Virus record (IMG/VR): IMGVR_UViG_3300037483_000201
DNA: 54,968 bases
Strand: one strand, 5' to 3'
From: a virus
Position numbers and translations under genes: made by a program. How positions within the stretch are numbered: position 1 is the stretch's first letter; every line of letters starts with the position of its first letter. Positions 49,811 through 54,968 of this stretch are shown here, piece after piece. The notes under the pieces were generated by a model that ran no database searches, was not told the DNA's origin, and saw nothing but the letters and a program-made list of their open reading frames with translations.

Positions 49811-50902
49811 TTATTTCTTCAGCCAGGCTTGCAGTTGCTTCCGTCTTTCGTTACTGATATCCCCTATCCTGGCAACAAGCCCGACCTGATAGGCCAGATA
49901 TTCAGTTGCCTCTTTGGGAGAGTCAGGGAATGTGCCGTCGGCAATCATTTTTTCAATCCTTGTTTTTGCGGTAGCGGCATCCCTTTCGTCCATATCAAGG
50001 AAGCGATTTGTTAACCCCTGGCGTAGTTTACCCAGTGCCTCGGTCCCCTTGGAACGGAAGACCCGACTGGGTTCATCCCCGTTTTGCGCCTGGTTGTTTA
50101 TTTCGTTATTTGTGATACCGCGACTGTTTCTTTGCGGGGGCTCTGCACCGCTTTCCAGCTCCTGGATGCGCCTTCTCAGATCCTCAATAATTTTACTTGA
50201 GCTGTCGTCGTTCGGTACTTCTGTCGGTTCTTCGCCAAGTAAAGCCCTGATGCCAGCCGGGTCATTATCTGTATTCGTGTCTGGCGTAGAGAGCGTCTGT
50301 ATAACCTCACCCTCGTCCAGGTCGTAGAGAATGTCCGGGTTCTTGATAATTTGCCCCATCTCGTCTTGAGTCTGCCCGCCGTCTACACGAATGATATTAC
50401 GTTTCTGCCCAGTAGCCGAGCGGTATTCCCTTGCCGCTTTATTTCTCTCATCGTCTGGCAAGCTCTTATCAAACATGCGGCCACGAAGTCCTGACAGCAG
50501 CTCCTGATCTTTTAATTCCATCCCGGCTATTTTTGCCCGAATATCGAAGTTTTCCACTTCTTTCTCTGTGCGTAGTTTCTCCAGATCAAGGCGCTCTTGC
50601 TGCAGGCCAATGGTCTGCTGATCTGTCCGTCTTCGATAGGCCCGATCATCGGCTTGTGTCGCTCGGTCCATCACCCTTTCGCCAAAATCTTCCATGCGCT
50701 CCAGTCGTCTTTCTGTCCGGTCTTCTTTTCTGATTTCGCCTTGGTATTCACGCTCTTCCTTGGTACGCTGCGTCTCATATTCCTGCAGCTTCGCCAGACG
50801 ATCATTCGTGATCTGCTCTTGCTGTTTGGCATAGGCCCACTGCTGCGTGACCGGAGCCATACCCTTGAAGGCTTTGCCGATAGCACGACCGATATCCATC
50901 AC
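49811..50902 (-). CDS. highly charged ejection-module protein (363 aa)
   Basis: E/R/K/D-rich helical sequence, directly upstream of the giant gene. Confidence 0.65.
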   Translation of the reverse strand: MMDIGRAIGKAFKGMAPVTQQWAYAKQQEQITNDRLAKLQEYETQRTKEEREYQGEIRKEDRTERRLERMEDFGERVMDRATQADDRAYRRRTDQQTIGLQQERLDLEKLRTEKEVENFDIRAKIAGMELKDQELLSGLRGRMFDKSLPDDERNKAAREYRSATGQKRNIIRVDGGQTQDEMGQIIKNPDILYDLDEGEVIQTLSTPDTNTDNDPAGIRALLGEEPTEVPNDDSSSKIIEDLRRRIQELESGAEPPQRNSRGITNNEINNQAQNGDEPSRVFRSKGTEALGKLRQGLTNRFLDMDERDAATAKTRIEKMIADGTFPDSPKEATEYLAYQVGLVARIGDISNERRKQLQAWLKK

Positions 50903-51462
50903 GCACCCCCTGGTGGTTGCATAGCGCCGTTAACAACACCCGGGTGTGGTGCCTGTGGCGGTTGCTGTGTTGCCATGGGTTGCCCGCCTGGCTGCATCTG
51001 TTGCCCCTGCATTCCCTGCATCTTGGCCGCCAGTTCATCCTGGGGGACGCCGTACATCTGTAACAAGCCCTGTGTCACCAGCCGCATGGTTTCCTGTAGG
51101 CCCTGCTCATCAAGAGGATCAATAGTCCCGGATACCTCCCCAAGCTCTGTCACGTACATCATGATCTTCAGCGCCGTGGGGATCACCGTGGATTCCGGCA
51201 CCCCCTTGGCTTTCTCCCTAAGAATAGACATGATCTTCAAAGTGACCTCAGAAACGGCCTGCTGTGGATCGTCACTCGCGGATTTATACAGCTTCATAAT
51301 CCCGGGGTGAGTTTTCTTGTCGTACAAGAGTTGCAGGGCGGCCAATTCCATGCGCTTGGAGGCATCCTGCTCTTCGGGTGTCCCCTGATCGGCTTGCGCG
51401 GGCTGATCTTGTTCGTTCAACATTTCAGGGGTTTCCTCTGGGGGCTGTACTGTCTGTTGCAT
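50899..51462 (-). CDS. ejection-module protein (187 aa) with Q/P/G/M-rich C-terminus
   Basis: ATGA junction. The C-terminal sequence is MQGMQGQQMQPGGQPMATQQPPQAPHPG. Confidence 0.6.
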   Translation of the reverse strand: MQQTVQPPEETPEMLNEQDQPAQADQGTPEEQDASKRMELAALQLLYDKKTHPGIMKLYKSASDDPQQAVSEVTLKIMSILREKAKGVPESTVIPTALKIMMYVTELGEVSGTIDPLDEQGLQETMRLVTQGLLQMYGVPQDELAAKMQGMQGQQMQPGGQPMATQQPPQAPHPGVVNGAMQPPGGA

Positions 51463-51465
51463 GGT

Positions 51466-52566
51466 CTAACCTCCGACTCGCTTGTTGAGTATCCCGTTAG
51501 TGAACACGGGCTGATCCGTGCCACGGTAGGTCAATGTTCTTGGGCCGGTACGCGTTCCGAAATTGACACCCCCTACTTGCCTGTTGGCGTTCTGACGATT
51601 CCGCCTGTCTTCGTCTTCCTGATCTCTTAATTGCTGTTGATCTTCCATAATATCTATCTCGTCCGGGGACAGTGCGCCGCCGATTGCGTTGATGGCCTGG
51701 TTAGCCACGGTTGGATATTTATCCAGAAATTCCAATATGCTCTTACCGGAAGCGATGGCACTGTTGACGATTCCTCCTGAAGACCCAGCCATTGTCGCCG
51801 GTGTCAGCGGGGCAGCCACAGCGGAGGCCGGAATTGCTTCTAATCCCAGCAGTCCAGTGGTAGCCCCTGCTGCTCCGGCTACCGCCCCCCCTACCCCCAT
51901 GCCTGCCGGGGTTAGCGGTGCGGCAATTGCGGAGGCCGGGATCGCTTCAATACCAAGCAATCCAGTGGTTCCGGCGGCAGATCCGGCGCCAGCCCCTGCT
52001 GCACCAGCACCAGCGGCAGGCGCGGCAAGAGCCTGTAGAGCACCATAGCCCCCCACAATCGCCACACTTCCAAGAATGCCATATTTAATGGCATTACTAA
52101 ATATACTGGGTTGCTCGGACGGTGGGGATCGGGTAAAGCCCATCCAGTTTCTATTTTCATTATTATAATCAAGCAGGCTTATCTCCCCTTTCTGGAATTT
52201 CTCCCATGCGGGTAACATGCCACGACGGATGGTTTGCTTTGATGTGCGGCCAAAAGGCATCCCTTCCTCTGGGGGCTCCTGCGCGAATGGATCGCTGGGA
52301 TTAAGTCCCTCAACTACAATATATTCAATGTCTCTGGCGTTGGCCTGCTGCCCCTTGGGGCCAAATCCCTGGGTATAAGTACTGCCGCCCTGTATATTCT
52401 TTGTCTGCTGTTCATTAAGCCTTGCCGCAGACTCTTCAGGCGTCATTTTTCGAGAACCTCGCGGCGAGTACCCTTCTCCAGATAAAAGCGCAAGGGCTTC
52501 TAATGCATCGGGGCTTAAGCCCGCCTTTTGTTGCTCAGTGAGAGCCACTATCAGGACCGCCTCCAT
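51466..52566 (-). CDS. ejection-module protein (366 aa) with Gly/Ala-rich hydrophobic repeats
   Basis: TTGLLG(I/L)EAIPASA(I/V)AAPLTPA is repeated 37 aa apart. The C-terminal ~100 aa is paralogous to the 99-aa protein upstream. Confidence 0.65.
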   Translation of the reverse strand: MEAVLIVALTEQQKAGLSPDALEALALLSGEGYSPRGSRKMTPEESAARLNEQQTKNIQGGSTYTQGFGPKGQQANARDIEYIVVEGLNPSDPFAQEPPEEGMPFGRTSKQTIRRGMLPAWEKFQKGEISLLDYNNENRNWMGFTRSPPSEQPSIFSNAIKYGILGSVAIVGGYGALQALAAPAAGAGAAGAGAGSAAGTTGLLGIEAIPASAIAAPLTPAGMGVGGAVAGAAGATTGLLGLEAIPASAVAAPLTPATMAGSSGGIVNSAIASGKSILEFLDKYPTVANQAINAIGGALSPDEIDIMEDQQQLRDQEDEDRRNRQNANRQVGGVNFGTRTGPRTLTYRGTDQPVFTNGILNKRVGG

Positions 52567-52850
52567 CGCTGGTTGATGATCCCCATCGGGCTGGTGGCGA
52601 TCCCGGACTGATCCATGAATTCCTTGCTTGTCTCGCCTTCACCTAAACGTATATCACCAACCATACGGTTTTCGTTCTGACGCCTAAGATCCGTGTCTTC
52701 GCGTTTGCGCCGCAGATCCTCTCTCTTCCGCATGATATCCAATTCATCGGGCGAAGCCATCCCCGCAACCGCGGAGACACCAAGCGATGTCACAAAAGGA
52801 TGATCACCAAGAAAATCAAATACTTTGCCGATGCCGTCGAGTATGCTCAT
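52551..52850 (-). CDS. 99-aa protein paralogous to the C-terminus of 51466..52566
   Basis: SILDGIGKVFDFLGDHP..ASPDELDIMRKREDLRRKRED..RQNENRMVG compares with SILEFLDKYP..LSPDEIDIMEDQQQLRDQEDEDRRNRQNANRQVG. Confidence 0.6.
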   Translation of the reverse strand: MSILDGIGKVFDFLGDHPFVTSLGVSAVAGMASPDELDIMRKREDLRRKREDTDLRRQNENRMVGDIRLGEGETSKEFMDQSGIATSPMGIINQRWRRS

Positions 52851-52853
52851 GAT

Positions 52854-54623
52854 TTATCCCGTAGGTGCTAAATAAGAATCTTCAGTTGTTGGGGGTGGTG
52901 CCCTGTAAGTAGAGGTGGTGTCTTGCGTGTTACCACCCGTAATATTCAGAATATCACCAAAATCCACCCCCGCGGCGGATCCGAATATATCCATCCCAAG
53001 CTGTAAGAGCTCTATCTGCCTGTCCACCAGTTGTTGTTTGGCATCCAGCGTTATATCCCCGTTCGCCAGCACCTCGCTGATATCGGAGCTGGTCTGTACG
53101 AATAATCTGGCCGCAGAATCAGACGCCTGCATCAACATCTTGTACTGTGATTCCACACCAGCGATTGATTCTGCCTGCGTGCCGCGTAGCTCTTGTAATT
53201 CCTTCTGCAGATCATTGGAATTATTACTGATCAACAACTGTGAATCCAATTGCGCCTTCTGCATATCAACGTCTATCTGACGCTGTTTTTCCGCCAGAGA
53301 TTCCCTGGTGGCGATATCCGCTGTTTGCATCTCGCGCTGCAGAACATCATTCATTTCCGCCAGAGATTTTTGCTGGTCCAGTTGTGCCCCCAGCAGTCCT
53401 GATTCTATTCTCCCCTTCTCTCTAGTCAGTTCTATGGCCTGCTCACCTTGGGCGGACAACAACCTCTGTTCAACCCCTTCTTTTTCTCTCAGCATTGTTT
53501 GCTCGAACTTTTGCCTCTCGGACTGTAATGCCTTATCGTTCTTAAACATAGCGTCGATCTGTGTCAGCCTTTGAGCGCCCTCAAGATTAGCCAGGTCACG
53601 ACTTAGAGTATTTTGCTGATCTGCCAGATCCCTTTGCGCCTTCAGTGAATTGAACTGCAACTGCTTGTCTATCTCTCCTTGTTTTTCCGCCAGAGATTCC
53701 CTGGTGGCGATATCCGCTGTTTGCATCTCGCGCTGCAGAACATCATTCATTTCCGCCAGCGATTTTTGCTGGTCCAGTTGCGAGCTTAACAGTCTGAATT
53801 CTATTCTCCCTTTCTCCCTCGTCAGGGCAACAGCCTGCTCGCCTTGTGCAGTCAACAACCTTTGCTCGATCCCTTCCTTTTCTTTCAACATTATTTTTTC
53901 GAAGTTCTGCCGCTCTTCCTGTAATGCCTTATCGTTCTTAAACATAGCATCGATTTGCGCCAGCCTTTGAGCGCCCTCAAGATTAGCCAGGTCACGACTT
54001 AGAGTATTTTGCTGATCTGCCAGATCCCTTTGCGCCTTCAGTGAATTGGACTGCAACTGCTTGTCTATCTCTCCTTGGCGGTTTAACAGGGCGGTTCTAG
54101 TTGCCGCGTCAGCGGTCTGTAATTGTAGGTCGATCTCGCCACGTTCCGATTGGAGCCGGGACTGCGCTTCAGTTTGCGTTCCTATGGTGGTGCGCTGTTG
54201 CTCTCCGGTAGCACCTATCTGCTGTAGCGCCTGCTCGCCTGCGGTACGTTGCCCTCTGGCTTGGTTGATACTGCCGGCGCCGAACTGGAGTGCTTCATTC
54301 CCTGCGACTGCGTTGAATTGTTTGGTGCGGCCATAGATATCCGCATCCTGTTGCGCAATTGGTAGAGCGTTACGGATCACTGCGTTCTGTCCGGCCTCTA
54401 CCCCCATTGTGGTGTTCAGGAGGCCGCGCTGATTAGACGCTTGAGAGGCCTGGGTGCGGCTTAATTGCGACAAAGGACTATCTTCAGCCATCACGCCTCT
54501 TAACTGGCCGGCCACCGTGTCTGTTTCAGGGTCGATCCCGATCTTGTTTGGATCATACCCAGAAACCTTCAGATCGTCGTCGTCAATCAGTGAATTGATT
54601 ATCCCGTTTTTACTTGCTGGCAT
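52854..54623 (-). CDS. Q-rich coiled-coil ejection / structural protein (589 aa) with an internal tandem duplication
   Basis: 132-aa units at aa 168-299 and 300-431, plus a partial third unit. Confidence 0.7.
   Translation of the reverse strand: MPASKNGIINSLIDDDDLKVSGYDPNKIGIDPETDTVAGQLRGVMAEDSPLSQLSRTQASQASNQRGLLNTTMGVEAGQNAVIRNALPIAQQDADIYGRTKQFNAVAGNEALQFGAGSINQARGQRTAGEQALQQIGATGEQQRTTIGTQTEAQSRLQSERGEIDLQLQTADAATRTALLNRQGEIDKQLQSNSLKAQRDLADQQNTLSRDLANLEGAQRLAQIDAMFKNDKALQEERQNFEKIMLKEKEGIEQRLLTAQGEQAVALTREKGRIEFRLLSSQLDQQKSLAEMNDVLQREMQTADIATRESLAEKQGEIDKQLQFNSLKAQRDLADQQNTLSRDLANLEGAQRLTQIDAMFKNDKALQSERQKFEQTMLREKEGVEQRLLSAQGEQAIELTREKGRIESGLLGAQLDQQKSLAEMNDVLQREMQTADIATRESLAEKQRQIDVDMQKAQLDSQLLISNNSNDLQKELQELRGTQAESIAGVESQYKMLMQASDSAARLFVQTSSDISEVLANGDITLDAKQQLVDRQIELLQLGMDIFGSAAGVDFGDILNITGGNTQDTTSTYRAPPPTTEDSYLAPTG
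53259..54122 (-). repeat. 396-bp coding tandem repeat, ~2.2 copies
   Basis: ccgccagagattccctggtggcgatatccgctgtttgcatctcgcgctgcagaacatcattcatttccgccag recurs about 396 bp apart. Confidence 0.85.
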
Positions 54624-54638
54624 AATTATATAGCCTCA

Positions 54639-54968
54639 TCAAATATTACCCATTATGTAAATCCCGCCCAGCCACAAGATCCTTTCAACCCACATCTGGA
54701 GCGTGTTGGAGGCGCGCTCCTGTCTTAATGCGCGCTCCAGGTGTTTCGCTTCTTCTTCCCGGCGCTCAGCTTCCATTGACCGGTGGATCAGGGCATCAAC
54801 CAGGCTGTTGTTGTTTCTGGCCCTGGATTGATTCTCGCTCTCAAGCGCCTGTTTCATTGCCGCCAGATTATCTTTGTCCTGCTCGGATTGCTGGAAGTCA
54901 TCTTCCGACATGCAGATTTTGTCCCCGCACCGCTCGACATTCAAAGCGGCTATGTGGTAGGGGAGGGT
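54639..54968 (-). CDS. u-spanin-like lipoprotein, C-terminal part (continues from 1..165 across the junction)
   Basis: The ORF-track entry 54639..54944 is the same frame. There is a coiled-coil region and the C-terminal TM MWVERILWLGGIYIMGNI. Confidence 0.6.
   Translation of the reverse strand, partial: TLPYHIAALNVERCGDKICMSEDDFQQSEQDKDNLAAMKQALESENQSRARNNNSLVDALIHRSMEAERREEEAKHLERALRQERASNTLQMWVERILWLGGIYIMGNI
54639..54968. repeat. Direct repeat copy B, first half
   Basis: Aligns with 38082..38411. 54915..54968 also duplicates window positions 1..54 (circular or terminal overlap). Confidence 0.85.

Overview
The window is a complete dsDNA phage genome, either circularly closed or terminally redundant. 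Positions 1-54 repeat 54915-54968, which gives a 54,914-bp unit. I recognised no tail tube, sheath, tape measure, integrase, repressor, DNA polymerase, helicase, tRNA or CRISPR. The layout suggests a short-tailed (podovirus-like) phage that relies on host replication. One co-directional minus-strand block of about 37.6 kb runs from 20773 down through 1 and continues from 54968 down to 38082. It carries a HicB-like gene, TerS, TerL, portal, scaffold, an HK97-type coat, tail and fibre genes, a lysis cassette, and an ejection-protein module. That module is dominated by a 3,725-aa polyvalent protein with a GGDEF-like cyclase, two ART-like modules and three HExxH modules. A minus-strand middle block (30593 down to 24260) has a Cro-like HTH, a DUF1376 replisome organiser, an ArfB-like GGQ protein, NinB/YbcO/RusA, a C5 methyltransferase and an RfaH/NusG paralog. 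The RfaH/NusG paralog is followed by an ops-like site and two tandem terminators. Two plus-strand early blocks (20898-23951 and 30688-38087) carry candidate anti-defence genes: a pentapeptide-repeat protein, an Ala-rich repeat protein and a DUF2958-like protein. The second of these blocks (30688-38087) also carries ERF/YqaJ/SSB-like recombination genes, a Dam-like methyltransferase and a (GGTCGN)x28 repeat. A direct repeat of about 400 bp, formed by a u-spanin-like gene and its signal-less paralog, brackets the 16.6-kb ejection module. All family names are from motif recognition by eye; no searches were run.
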